Assembly: GCF_001194135.2 (NCBI RefSeq)
Contig: NC_068988.1
Location: 91,512,342-91,576,341 of the forward strand
From: Octopus bimaculoides
Taxonomy: Eukaryota
Reading direction: 5' to 3'
Length of the DNA stretch: 64,000 nt
The notes beneath the pieces were generated by a model that had not been told where the DNA came from, made no database searches, and saw nothing but the letters and a program-made list of their open reading frames with translations. Of this stretch, positions 13,901 to 28,300 are shown piece after piece (within the stretch, counting starts at the first letter, position 1; every line of letters begins with the position of its first letter). A program made the position numbers and the translations under genes.

Positions 13901-16900
13901 TCAGACACCAAAATCTGTCTTAGATGAATTTAACAAAGACCAGTCCAATGAAACACACTTTAATCTCTTAACTCCTGGACGTCAGGGTTTAAATAACAAA
14001 CAACGTGATGGTTCGGAAAGAAGTGACAAAACTTCCAAGAAAGTTTCGAGCATCTCAGTTAATTCTAAGGTAAGGGATAATATTTTCTCTAGATTTAATC
14101 TCTGTAATAGCAATGATAATGATTACTTAAGTTAGTATAGAATAGCTTTGCAGCTCTGTTACTGATGTAAATTTAATGCTTATTGTATTTCTTTTATTGC
14201 TGAAAACATTTTCTTTTTACATTTCCATTGATTCAACTTTAGCTGTTCATCATTTTCAACACATGAACTGGGACAACTGCAGAAACAAGAAAATATTGAA
14301 ATTAATCTCATTGACATAACAATTCTCACTAATATTCTGTTGCTTTTATGATGTTATGTTATTACTGTGTGGCCCTCCCCAGCCTGTTTCAATCCTGATC
14401 GAACTGATCTATGGCACATAGGTGGTCTGTCTATGTGTAGCCTGCAAATCTAACATTTCAGGCATTTACATGATTCAAAAACATTGCATGTGTCAATTCC
14501 ATATTTCTAAGCATTTTGCCCTAATATGTGTATATGTATATGTGTGTGGTGTGTATATATATATATATATAAGATAGTAGGAAATGTCTAATGGCGATAT
14601 GGTTGTTATTTTTAGCAAGTCAAATGACAACATATTATTCATTAAATAGAAACTTAAGATAATTTTTACTGTTGTTACTCTGCAACTCGTCTCTCACTCT
14701 CAAATTTTTAATCAGCCCTGGTCGCTGTTCAAGATTCTTTTCGGTTTCTCTGCACCCATCACACTCCCTACCTACACACACTATCATATTTCTGAAGTTT
14801 CTAAAAGTTGAAATGAAGACATTAATTACTGTAGATTTTAAAAAGATTATTGTTATTTTAACAGCCAATCTCATCTTTTGCTTGTTTCAGACATTGGAGT
14901 GCAGCTTAGCTGGGGCACTACCTTGAAGGGTTTTAGTTGATCAAATCAACCTCAGTACATATTTTAAGTCTGATACTTATTCTATTGGTTTCTTTTTCCA
15001 AACAGCTAAGGAACATAAACAAACCAATACTGGTTGTCGAGTTGTGGCAAGGGACTAAAACAAATACAAAGACACACACACATACTACAAAGATACACAC
15101 ATATACACAATGGGCTACCACACAGTTACTATCTACCATATTCACTCACAGGGCATTGCTCAGCCTGAGGCTATAGTAGAAGACACTTGCCCAAGGTGCT
15201 GCTCTGTGGGACTGAAGTGAAAGCCATGTGGTTACAAAGCAATCTTTTTAACCATACAGCTATGCCTAAACAACTTTACAAAATAGTCAAGTATTGTGTT
15301 GGCACTCCGTCGCTTACGACGTCGAGGGTTCCAGTTGATCCGACCAACGGAACAACCTGCTCGTGAAATTAACGTGCAAGTGGCTGAGCACTCCACAGAC
15401 ACGTGTACCCTTAACATAGTTCTCGGGGATATTCAGCGTGACACAGTGGGACAAGGCTGGCCCTTTGAATTACAGGTACAACAGAAACAGGAAGAAAGAT
15501 TGAGAGAAAGTTGTGGTGGAAGAGTACAGCAGGGTTCGCCACCATCCCCTGCCGGAGTCTCGTTGAGCTTTTAGGTGTTTTCGCTCAATAAACACTCACA
15601 ACGCCCGGTCTGGGAATCGAAACCGCGATCCTATGACCGCGAATCCGCTGCCCTAACCACTGGGCCATTGCGCCTCCACTGTCAGGTATTGTACTAACAG
15701 ATTAAATCTGAACTGACACCAACTAAACTAGGAAATGATACCATCTTCTTAATTCATCAGTGTTATATATTTAATTACTATCTAAGCATGTTTTCCCTCA
15801 TCTCTCAAACTTCATCCATCTCATCTCCATCTCAGACTATTCAGGTAACATATTCTCCTTTCCCAACTCTCACACCTGTAGGAAGAGTACATTAAATAAT
15901 GTAATCCTAGATACATAATATATGGATAAAAGACATGTTGATTATACTGGAATGTCTTTGATCAGAGACGTACTTACAACAACAAAACTGAAACAGTAGT
16001 ACTGTAGTGGTATAAATAAGATATATTGTCAGAGACGCCTCTAATGACACAATAGATCAAGGTACTCATTTGCTTTCACTACTTTTAACCTCTTATTGTT
16101 TGCTATTGAAATTCAAGTATTCGGTATTTTGTTTATTCCCTAGATCTATGGTCATGTTTCTTACTATAATAACATTTAATTCATTTCTGTCCTTTGACTA
16201 CTTTTTTCTAAATTTGTTTCTTTAACATAAAGACAGCAGCCAATAATGCACGACTAACTCGTAAGCGGAAACCTGTTAATTATAAAGAAGCTGATACTAG
16301 GTAAGTTGTGTAAGGATATTAACATCATGACTTGGAGTAAAGAGCCAACAGGATAGGGTTTATAACCAATTATATAGTTTGTTAGTTTCTTATTACTATT
16401 GAAATTTATGAATTACCTTAAGGAGAAAAAACACTTAATTCTTACATGTCTCTTTTTATCTAACTGTGTGGTATTAATTACATGTTCTTCTAGAAATGTT
16501 AGCTCCGATAGAATGACACCTTATTCAAAGAAAGATTTACTGCTTGCTCATTTAACCCTTCTGAAGTTTGAGCTGAAGACCAGCTTTGTAAGTCTTTGTG
16601 ACTCGTGAAGATATTGTTATTATTATCATTATTAAGATGACATGCCAGCAGAATCACTAGTACATCGAACAAAATGTTTCACAGAATTTCTTCCAGCTTT
16701 ATATTGTGAGTTCCAACTCCATTGAGGTCAACTGTACCTTTCATCTTCTTGGAGTCAATAAAATAAGTACAAGTTAAACACTGGGTTGTTGTTATCAACT
16801 AATCCCCTCTCTTTTGGGGAAATGGTGAGAGCATTGGTATAGGAGAAGGAGTTGTGTCCGTTACTTTCACAGGTATTCCCAGACCAGTGAGAGTGACTCA

Positions 16901-19900
16901 GTTAACATTACTTTTGAACTGTTGCAAGTTGACAGTTGTAAGGAAAACATACACACAACAGGAATTCTAGAGGGCTGATGTTCTGGGAATGAAGCAAATG
17001 ATTAGTGTGGGTCAGAAGTGATTGAAGTGTGATGACATTTTGGAGTAAGTGTATGAATGTGATGGGTTATACAAAGTGAAATAGGATGGTAAGGCTACTG
17101 AAGCTGTGATAAAAAAAAAAAAAAACAGAGAAAGGAGACAGCATGTTTGTGGGTCAGAGGTTTGTGTGTGTTGATAAACAACTATGTGTCAATCATTCCG
17201 GTAACGTTTCTTTGAATGGAGTTAGGGCTTGTGATTGATAGTAGTGGGCTGAAGTATTTTCTAGATCTGAGGAAGAAGTCTAGTCTTCTGGGTATAGTCT
17301 TTGCTATATTGAGTATGTGCACTTGTTAAGTGAGACCCTCAGTCACGATAAGGCCTAAGCGTTTATAGCATTTTGACATACTGATGAAAGTAGACAGTGT
17401 TATGATTAAAACTGGCAATCACTTGTAGAACTAGAATATCAGTGGCACAATAAAAATCACCTAGTGCAATATTCCCATGAACTTCTTCAGCATTTAACAA
17501 AATGGGAATATGAATTCATACTGAAGATAATTACCAATGCCATATATATATATGTTTTTAGATATTATGTGTGGGTCTATATGTGTGTGTGTATGTATAT
17601 ATATATATATATATATATCGTCAACAACATCAGTTTACATTTGTTATCCATAGAAGTTAGCTTATATTCAGAATTATTGCTCTCCTTTATTTGAATGAAA
17701 GACCAAGAAAGAAGTGGCTAAGTCTGACTTCAGGATGCTGAATGACCAGAGAAGCCTATAGCTTTGAAATTCGTATTATGGAGTTATCTTTGATTTGGAA
17801 ATTAAAAAAGAAAAAAAAAAAACATTGAAAAGAGAATTTATCATTTTACTTCAATAAATGTTTTAATGTTATAAACATTAAATATGATACAGAAATCTTA
17901 ATATTGTAGGCTGTCAGTCTATTGGTAATGCATCTCTATTGCAAAGGAGAAAATTGTCTTACCAGGAGTCAGTTCTATTATGTTCTGTTTTTTTTTCATT
18001 AGTGACAGGAATGAAGTATGTAATCTTTGTGCCCTTCTTTAATTCAATTTCCTTCCTTTTTCTTTTATTTCAACCATACAACCCATAATATCTTTATGAA
18101 GATGCAATTTCAGTTGTGTTGGATCTATTCATTGTGGAGTCACCAAAGTTCTCGGGGATCTATTACATTAACTTTACTTTACATTATTTGCTTTCAGTGA
18201 AAGAAAAGGTATGGAAATGTATGTAATGAAATTATTTATAAAAATGTCTTTTCTTCTGGTTAAATCAAAATTGTTTATATCATTATTATTTAATTTAGTT
18301 AATTTATTATTGCATAAAAACTTATTTTGCTTTTATATTCATAAAGCTCTGAAGATCAAATTAATGATGATGAGGTAAGTGTTTCTTAGTTTAACAAACA
18401 ATGTTTATTTAACAAGATAGAAATATAAAACCCATAGACCTGTGGGTCAAGGGATGGAAGTTAAAATATTCACACATTTCTAAGGGATTTAAATGAGAAA
18501 TTAAAATTGGAGTGTAGTTTCATCTATCAATAATAGCCGTAATAGATGAATTAATATATATTGAATTATTATAAGCTGTTTCTGTTGTGGTGATGGTGAT
18601 AGTGGTAATTTTGTAGGACTCCACCCCAAAAGACCATCAAAACATTAATAGCACCAATCTTTCTTTAGGGCTAAATGCGCCATATAGAAAGAAGCTGAGT
18701 TAACTGATGTAAGTTGCAAAGACACTATTTATGCTTGTGTATGCACATGTGCATTTATATACACAAGATTTTTTGAGGTCATTTGTATGAATTTCGAAAA
18801 AAACACATAGCTCTTCAAAGAAAAACTGTATTTGAAAACAGATTGGTACAAATAATCTTGAGAAGACTTTTATCACACCTATTTAATGAATCCATTGTTA
18901 GCATCAGTGACTACTTCAATACAGGCTCAGAAATATTTACATACCCGAAGCAGATGATCTTTATCAAATGTTAGACGTAATGTTGGTTTTGGTGAACTTG
19001 AGAGATTATATGGTGTTGGGGGGGGGGGGCGATTAACATCTCTCTCATCTACACTCCATATGTGGAGTGAGGTCTGGGAGAATATGATCATGGAGATTAG
19101 CTTGCATACACACCTGGGTTGTCCTAACCTTATGAGACAGTTCAGAAGCTTGTTGAAAGACGTACAGTCTTCCGTTGCATACTCTCTCTACCCAGGGTTT
19201 CACAACTTTGTCTAACACCTCTCTGTAAACAGAAGCCTTCACTCTTAAGCATTATGTAAGAAAGTGAGGAGGTATAGCATCTCACTCGTTACTGACAACT
19301 CCCAAAACCATCACATTTGCTGAGAACTTAGTATGCATGACCACTAGAATATCATGCAGGCCTTTGAAGTGTCATCAGTCATTTCTTCATTTACCTTTTG
19401 TTCCTGACTGACATTTCTCTTATCATAGAAAAACACCAAGGAGCATTCCAGCCCCTTGGTATTTCAACTTGTTTAGCAGTACAACTTGTACTCGATGTCC
19501 TCAAGCACAGCTTTTCTGATGGTACTTTCTGAAACCTTGAGGTCCTTTGCAATGGTTCTGATTCACTTTCTAGATTTTTTTATCAATTATTTCTTGGAAT
19601 TTTTGTACATAGTAATGTGTTCTCATAGTATTAGGACCTTGTGCATGTGTTTTGCATTTAGCTGCTAATTTTGGATCCCCATTAGCAGCTTCCAGCACCT
19701 TTCAAATTTTGACAATGAAGAATCGGGGAACTTTCATGAAGCAAGCTATCTCTGTATCACAGTGCTATGCTTCTAAGGCAATGGTTACAGCTTACCTTTT
19801 CATTCACTGAGTCAACTTGATGTCTGACATTATTTACCAAAAATGTAAGGTACAAAAGAAGTCAGTTAGAATTCTTGAAAGAAGTGTCCTTAAAAAACTG

Positions 19901-22123
19901 ATGCACTCTGTGTAATATATAATACACATATACAGAGGGAGATACTATCCACTGATGAAGGTAACAATGACACTATGTAAGTGTGTGTGTGCATGCGCAC
20001 ACGCACACACTGGAGTAATGTTCATATCATAATTGTAATGCAGTAAAAACTGTCTAAAATTGATGTGTTACATAGTTATACTATACCAAACCACAGTATT
20101 TCCATTAAATGAAGTTCATAGAAGAGCCAGATATGTGTTATAGCAGAAACATAAAGAAATATAACTTTTGAAGTCCAGAAAGTTCAAGAGTATTGTGGAT
20201 TTCAAATCAATTTCACAGATTCGAGATGCATCTCAATACATAAACACATGTATATTAAGAATGGTTGTAGCCTAGCACACTTGAGTTACCTAAACTATTT
20301 CTTTTTTTTAATAGTTTAGTCAGAGAAGGAAGGGTTAGTACCCATGATGTTTTTCAGGATCTGTAGGATAGAGATTAAGGTTGACTCCATTAAGACCTGG
20401 TCTTAATGGAGTCAACCTTGCTAAAAGCACTCAAGCATCATCATCATCATCTTGCTTGAATGCAATACTGGTCAGTGCCAGAGAGAGTGACCTCTACATA
20501 TACCTAGTAGGCTGTAGATAAGGAGGTGAGTGATTTGTGTTTGATAGAGGAACAGGATGTTTGTGATGGGAGAGGCAGCTTGGACCAGATTCCACAAATA
20601 TTTTAGGGAAAAAACAAGAGTTGTTCATATTTATAATTTTTGGACTGAGAGAAGAAGAGGTGGTGACCACTACTTGACCCCTTTATTTTGGTGACTTTGG
20701 ATGCACTTATCAATATCTTGTACTTGCTGAGAGACTAGTCATGAACTGAGGGGAGAAGAGAACAGAGGATTATATGCCAGGCTTTTATCTATGAGTCCTG
20801 TTTCTTGCACTATCTGGCAGCAAGCTTCTTCTGGAAAATGCTTCCCACCAAACAAATTATGCCTGAGAAAGAACCATGGGAATTGACACATCAAGAGTTC
20901 ATTATATACTCCTGTCAGAAACCTAATCCGAGTGCTTGTAACTCTGCTAGAGACATTCATGGGTCATTTGTTGTTTAACTGGGTGTATTGTTGAGGCTAC
21001 CAGTTTACTTCTCCCAATATATATATATATATATATATATTTATTTATATATATATATATATATATTATTATTATATATATATATATTTATATATTATTA
21101 TATATTATATTATTATTATATTATATTATTATATTATTATTATATTATTATATATTATATTATATTATTATATTTATATATTATTATATTATTTTATTAT
21201 ATTATATTATATTATATTATTATATTGTTATATATTATATTATATTATATTATTATATTATATATATTATAATATTTATATATTATTATATATATTTATA
21301 TATTATATTATTATATATTATATTATATTATATATATTATTATATTTATATATTATTATATATATTATTATATTGTTATATATTATATTATTATATATTA
21401 TATTATATTATTATATTAAATTATATTATATTATATTATTATATTAAATTATATTATATTATATTATTATATTATATATATTATTATATTTATATATTAT
21501 TATATATATATTTATATATTATATATATTTGTATATATTTATATTCCATGAAAATCTTGTATCTGATTCATTTGCAAGGTCTCTGTCGGTTATGTATTAG
21601 TTATATGTGTAGAATACTGTTTTTTTACACCAAGATGTATCCTTTGCTCACTTTGTAATAAACCTCTGATATATGTTCTAGTCTGTTGTTAGCAGTAGGT
21701 CAGAAGCCAGCATGCCACAAAAGATACTGAAAACAGTCACAAGAGAAGGTCAATCAAAACACAAGAGTGTATCTCCAGTCAGTTCTGAACATTTTTCCAG
21801 TTATCAAAAACAATCTCTCAACTCAAAACAGAAAGCACAACCACTCTCCAAGCAACTGAATCAAGTAAGTGTTTTTGTTATAATTATTATTATTAAGGCA
21901 GCGAGCTGGCAGAATTGTTAACAATTCAGGAAAAATACTTAGTAGTATTTCATCTGTCTTCACATGCTGAGTTCAAATTCTGCTTAGGTCAACTTTACCT
22001 TTCATCTTCTCACAGTCAAAAAAATAAGTACCATTTGAGCACTAACGTTGATGTAATTGATTTACTCCCCCCCCCCAAACTTGCTGGCCTTATAACAAAG
22101 TTTGAAACCATTATTATTATTAT

Positions 22124-22176
<53 letters not shown>

Positions 22177-25100
22177 AGGCAACCAGCTGACAGAATTGCA
22201 TTGGTAAAAATGCTTGGTATTTTTTTCTGGCTGTTTACATTCTGAGTTCAAATGTCACCAAGGTCGACTTTGCCTGACATCCATTTGGGATCAATAAAAT
22301 AAGTACCAGTCGAGCACTGGGGTCGATGTAATCAAATTGACCTCCTAAAATTGCTAGCCTTGTGCCAAAATTTGAAACTATTATTATTTTTTTTTTTTTT
22401 TTATCTCAGGTTTTGTTGGAACTCCTGAAGACTTGTATGCATAGCGGGCTTGCTGCCTGCAGCCTATGGTATCATGTTGTCTCTTCTTCTCAACTGTCTA
22501 ATACTTTCCTGATTATTCTGGCCATGCCAAGGAGGCAGACCTTTTGTAACAGTTCCACTGGGCACTCTATTCCGATTTCCTTTATATTCTTATTGATGCC
22601 TTCTGATACTATCCCCAAGGATCCAACAATAATTGGCACTATCTTCACCATTTTCCAAAGCTGGATTATTTCATACTTAAGAGGGTTGTATTTATCTATT
22701 TTTTTCGCCTTCCTTCTTGACTATTTGTGGGTCAGAGATGCATGCAACATCAACTATATAGCACACGTGCACCTTGTCCACCACCTCTAGGTCCCGTCTG
22801 TTATGCTCTAGCACCTGATCTGTTTGGATTGGGAAATAAAGAGGATTTTGCATGTCTCCAACTCCGCCACTCTCTGTGGTTTGTGCTCATACTATGTCTT
22901 GCCTCTCTCTAGCCCCCACTTTTTGCACAGTTTCCAATGTAGCACTTTCACTACCTTATCATGTCGCCACAACTTGTAGTGGTTTTGGGTAAGTCTAGGA
23001 CATTCATTCATGATATGGGCAATGGTTTCAGCAGAGACACTTGCTCATTCCAAAGGTTGACCCTCCAGTTCATGGCTAAAGCTTGGTCTTGTGCAGCCAG
23101 TATAGTGCTATTAGTCTCTTTTTTCAGTATTCCTTTCTTCAGCCAATCCCACCTGTGTTCTCCATCAATATCTGTTGTGGCTATATGGAATCGTGTCATC
23201 CCTCATTGCACAATGCTTCTTTATGTCTTTTTTTGTACTTCTTTTGTTTTTCCTTTTTTCTTTTCATTAAATACTCCCTCATTCCTAACTGACACTAGCA
23301 AGGTTTCCTTACTTTAGCATAGGTACCTCATTAAGCTCTTGAGTTCAATATGCATGCAGTCTTCCACACTTATCAGTCCCCTTCCTCCATTTACTCTCTT
23401 CGTGTATAGGCAATCAGTGTCTGCATTGTTAAGAGCCTTCTCCATGCATCATTAAGAGCTTTCTTGTCTTCCTGTCTAATTCCTTTAGCTCCTTCTCAGT
23501 CCATTTCAGAATTCCAGTGCTATACCAAACTACTGCATGCAAGTTTATTGCCAAAATTACGTTTCTGGCATTCAGCTTTGAAGCCAATATTTTTCTCACT
23601 CGCTGCAGGTACTCTTTCTTTGTCTTTCATATAATTGTGTTTAATTCCGTCTACCTCAAGTATTCCCAGGTATTTATAACTGGATTGAGATTCAATTGCC
23701 TCTATCATTTCACCGCTTGGCATCCATAAGCCTTCTGTCATTTTGAGAGTCCAAACTCCATCTGAATATCATTTGAGAAAATCCGCACAAACTGGACTAG
23801 GCTGTCCAGTTCTGCCTCATTTTTTTGTGAATAACTTCAAGTCATCCATGAAAAGCAAGTGGTTTAGTTTTCCCTTACCTCTTCCCAGATCATACCCTAA
23901 CTTTGTCTTCAGCACAAAGATCAGTAGGGACACATTGTCCCCTTGGAAGATTCCTCTCTTGGTTTTCACCTCTCCTGATACCTTATTCCTTGTTGTCAAT
24001 CCAGTTCTCCAATATTTCATACTGTTCTATATAAGGCTTCTCATGTCTTCTGCTACTCCATACATTTCCATTGTTCTTGTTATCCTGGAGTGTGGTATCA
24101 TATCGTATGCTTTATGATAGTCAATTTATGCCACACTCGGGTTTGTGTGTCTTCTCTTGCAGTTTCTGATGATTAAATTATCAATTAACAACTGACCTTT
24201 TGTCCCTTGACACCTCTTTCAGCACCCTTTTTGTTCAATAGGTAGCAGCCCACTTATTATCATCATCATCATCATCATTATTATTGTTGCCTTTGCACAG
24301 CTTCTAACGCTGGAGATGTACTAGAGTGTTAGCTGTTCACTACCAGGGAACTAAGGTAACACCTCTTAATTTTCAAGCATCCTTCTGGAGTATTCGAGTG
24401 GTTCCAAGCAGTTTTGTTTTCTGTAAGTGCTCCACCCTTATTGCAGCCCCTATTTGTTCCACGTACTTCTGAAGATTTTTGCTCACTGCTCCGACAATTA
24501 TTGGTACTACTGCTACCTTTTTCATCAACTACAATTGCTTAACTTCCCAAGCTAACCTGTTATATCTCTCGACTTTTCTTTCTTCCTTATTGCATACCTT
24601 GTTGTCAGCTGGGCATGCTATGTCTATGATCCAGCATAATTTGTTTTCTTTTTCAACTAAGACTATGTCCGGCTTCCTATTCTTAATCTCATGGTCACAC
24701 TGAATTATTATTATTATTATTGTTATTATTATTATTATTAGACAAGACAAAGAGCGCGATGCGATTGCATGAAGGGGTCTGAATGTCTTCAGTAACTGTG
24801 TCTTGAATACTTTTGTTTGACCACTTTTCAAAGGCATCCATGCATGCTTCTACCCCTTCATCATGGTCAATATTGGGTTGTAAGAAAGAAAAATTCATGG
24901 TTACCAAAAGACAGTTCTTGACATGGCCTCAGTGCTTAAAAAAGTTGTTGATTTTAGACATGAAATCAAAAGTATCCTGAATATAGGAACTTGATCTTTT
25001 TATGACAGGAGTAGAAAGCCTTCCAGCTATTCCAAAATCTTGGCTGTACAACATTCATATCGGCTGCAAATTGGATGCATTGGAGGAAATCTTTTGAACT

Positions 25101-25357
25101 TTTTGTGTATTATTATTATTATTATCATCGTCGTCGTCGTCATCGTCGCCGTCGTCGTCGTCGTCGTCATGGCAAGCTGGCAGAATCATTAACACAATGG
25201 GCAAAATGCTTAGTGGTATTTCGTCCATGTTTACATTCTGAGTTCAAATTCCGCCAAGGTTGACTTTGCTTTTCATCTTTTTGGGGTCAATAAATTAAGT
25301 ACCAGTGAAACAATGGAGTCGATGTAATTTTCCAGCCTTGTGCCTATAGTAGAAAGG

Positions 25358-25393
<36 letters not shown>

Positions 25394-28300
25394 GTTGTTG
25401 TGTTGTTTTTGTTGGTAACATATAATACTGAGGCTTACTAAACATGTTTTTATATATCTTGTAGACTATCAATATGTTAGATGGTTGATCATGGGCGAGT
25501 GTGATAAGGTTGGTACAACGAAAAGAAGACCTAGATTAGACATGTTCTAGTTTCTAATTTAGTCTGGTTATATGATACTCTGCCTGTCAATAATTATATT
25601 TACTACTGTTAATATACTCACATAGAGAAAAATCATCTGCATGTTGGGTTTGAAAAAGAAATTGAAACTCTAAACTCGCTTGCCCTTATTGATCTGATGT
25701 TTATTTTTGGAGAATTTGGTTACTGTGGCAAATAATCTATAGTTACAATTAAAACCCTGACATACCAATGTATATATTAAAGAACTTGTATAATATAGAT
25801 AGTGTGTGTCTATACAATGGCATTGTTGTGTGTGTGTGTAGTAATTAAGATAGAGTATGTAATAGAATGTTAAGCTGAGAATAGTCATAGGCAACAGTGG
25901 TCTCTACGTATGCACCACAAATGCGACTAACAAATGAGCCAAAGAACTGTTTCTATGAGACATTCCTGCAGACTGCATTGATAACAGACAACAACAACCT
26001 TGTTATCACATCTGTTGACTTATTATCATCATTATTACTATTATTAATGTATTATTAATGATGAGCTAGCAGAATTGTTAACATGCCAGGCAAAATGTTT
26101 TGCAGCATTTCATCCATCTTTACATTCTTTGTTCAAATTCCACCAAGGACGACTTTGCCTTTCATCCTTTCAGGGTCAGTAAAATAAGTACAGTTGAACA
26201 CTGGGGTCATTGCAATTGACCCCAGTATTCCCAACATTTCAGGCCTTGTGCCTATAGTAGAAAGGATTATTATTGTTGTTATTATTTGAGTGGTGATTAA
26301 TCAGATCATTAACATGTGGCCAACTTTCCTTCTTCTTAAAATTACTGGCCTTGTGTCTAAATTAGAAATGTTAGTATATCAGGCCAAATGCTCAGCAACA
26401 TTTTTTCTGGTTCTTTCGGCAAGATCAACTTTGTGGTGATAGCACACTGACTGAAGAAGGATCAAGTGTGATGCAACTGATGTTTGCAACACTAACTTCA
26501 AGTGAACATGCAATCCGGATAGGTTTCATACTCACCAAGGATTAAGATTGATAGATGGTTTTGAATACGAAGTCTTTTCCCCTGCGGAGATGTATTAAGT
26601 CAGAGATAGAGGAGTTTATCATAAAAATGAAAGAAATAGTGAGATCAGAAGAAACAAATAAAAACATATGTGTGGCTGGATGTAAAACACCATTTTGGAT
26701 TTGTATTTGATATGTGATAATGTGCTTATGTATGCACAGAGGGTCGTAATGTCTACCTCACTACAAGGTCAAATGTTATAGGAATTCCACACTGGTCATC
26801 CAGGAATTTCTAAGATAAAGTTGCTTATGAGGAATTATATTTACTAGCCAAAAATGGATCTAGATATTGAGAAGTTGGTAAAATCCAGCAGAGGTTGAGC
26901 TCTTGCAGCAAAATCACCACCTATAAAATTTCAATAGATTTTGCAGGACCAGTACACTGATCATAATATCTAATAGTAGTAGATAGCTTTACAAAATGGC
27001 CAGAAATGTGTAAATGTAGAAAACAGAAATGTGGCCAGAAATGTGTAAATGTAGAAAACAGAAATGTGGCCAGAAATGTGTAAATGTAGAAAACAGAAAT
27101 GTGTAAATGACAGTAACAGTCAAATTTCTACACAAACTTTTTGCTAGGTATGGTGTCCTTGGCACCATAGTCTTCGATAATGGTACGCAATTCATGGCGA
27201 ATGAATTTAAGAATTTTTGCAAGATGTACTCAGTTGAACATATCCCTAATCCTCTGTATCCCTGAAGATACAGATGTAGTAGATGTGTGAGAGTAATTAA
27301 CAGTGCGAGTAGTTTCCAAATAAATTAGTTCAAAAGCTCTAAAGGCTCCCTAGAAGTAGCTAATAGCTTTCGTTACTTTGATTAATTCAATTAGTAGTAG
27401 AAGGGATATTTCATAAGCAAACTAGCCAGAATAAGAACAATGGGCAAAGTTTAAGGTGATATCAATTTTGCTAATAACAAAGGGATTCTGTCTCTGAGTT
27501 ATAAGCATTTTGTTTGATTCTTGTGAGCAACATTGTTTGAAGCAAAATATGGGCATTGAATGTGGAGAATGTGTAATTGGAAAGAAATATGGCAAGCATG
27601 TCCTGCTGGGTGTGTAATTTTATGTGCATGAACAATGGTGCACATATGAGCTAAGAGGAAAATTGAGTGTAAAAGGAACCAGATGTAGTATGCAAAAGAG
27701 AAGACTGAGCTAGAATGGATATATGAGGAATATGGAGAATGATAGCTGCATAAAGAAGTGTTGAAAGTTGATCGCAAGAGATTAAACCTCACAAAAGAGA
27801 TCAGGACTGCAACAAGTGGCAAAACACTGTGCTAGAAAAAGCCCATCTGACCCATGCAAGCTTGGAAAAACAGTGATAAAATAATATTGATGATGATAGT
27901 GTGCGTATAAATATTTAGATGGCAGAAAAGAGCTCTGGTGTGTATATGCAGACATTACAAAATATGACTATCCTGTGTATTGAAGCACTCCACAAGTAAA
28001 TAGTTGTTTGTAATAAACCACTTAAGAAGTGAGAGCCATGCTAAAAGTGGAAAATTCATGTTAGCTTTAACCTGTCACATACACACTTGATGTAGTAGAC
28101 TGTAACATAAACCACAAGTCAGTATGATTACTCATCTGAGCAGCCGGAGACTCTGTCAGGTGAATAAAGTGACATTTTGAAGTGCTTCAAAGAACCAGAT
28201 TTTCAGGACCTGAAAATCGCATTGTGTTGAGTGAAAGCAAATAATAAGGCACAGGCATACATCACTAGATATAATTAACTTATATTCTTTATCTGTGTAG

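Noticed and set aside
15590-15677. tRNA gene-like A/B boxes (also at 35096 and 44926)
   Set aside because: They are heads of multi-copy SINEs with long shared bodies and simple-repeat tails, not stand-alone tRNAs
16251-16295. RKRKPVNYKE as a shugoshin SGO motif
   Set aside because: The flanking SGO consensus (EPSL..KLRR) is missing, the position is internal, and the C-terminus is SYCP3-like
25465-25508. Exon-like ag|ACT...AAG|gt segment (YQYVRWLIMGECDK)
   Set aside because: Open only as phase 1-0, whereas the host intron is phase 0-0; it has a TGA in phase 0 and a weak donor
26997-27101. 35-bp repeats as a CRISPR-like array
   Set aside because: No spacers, eukaryotic context, and a simple triplication inside an integrase relic
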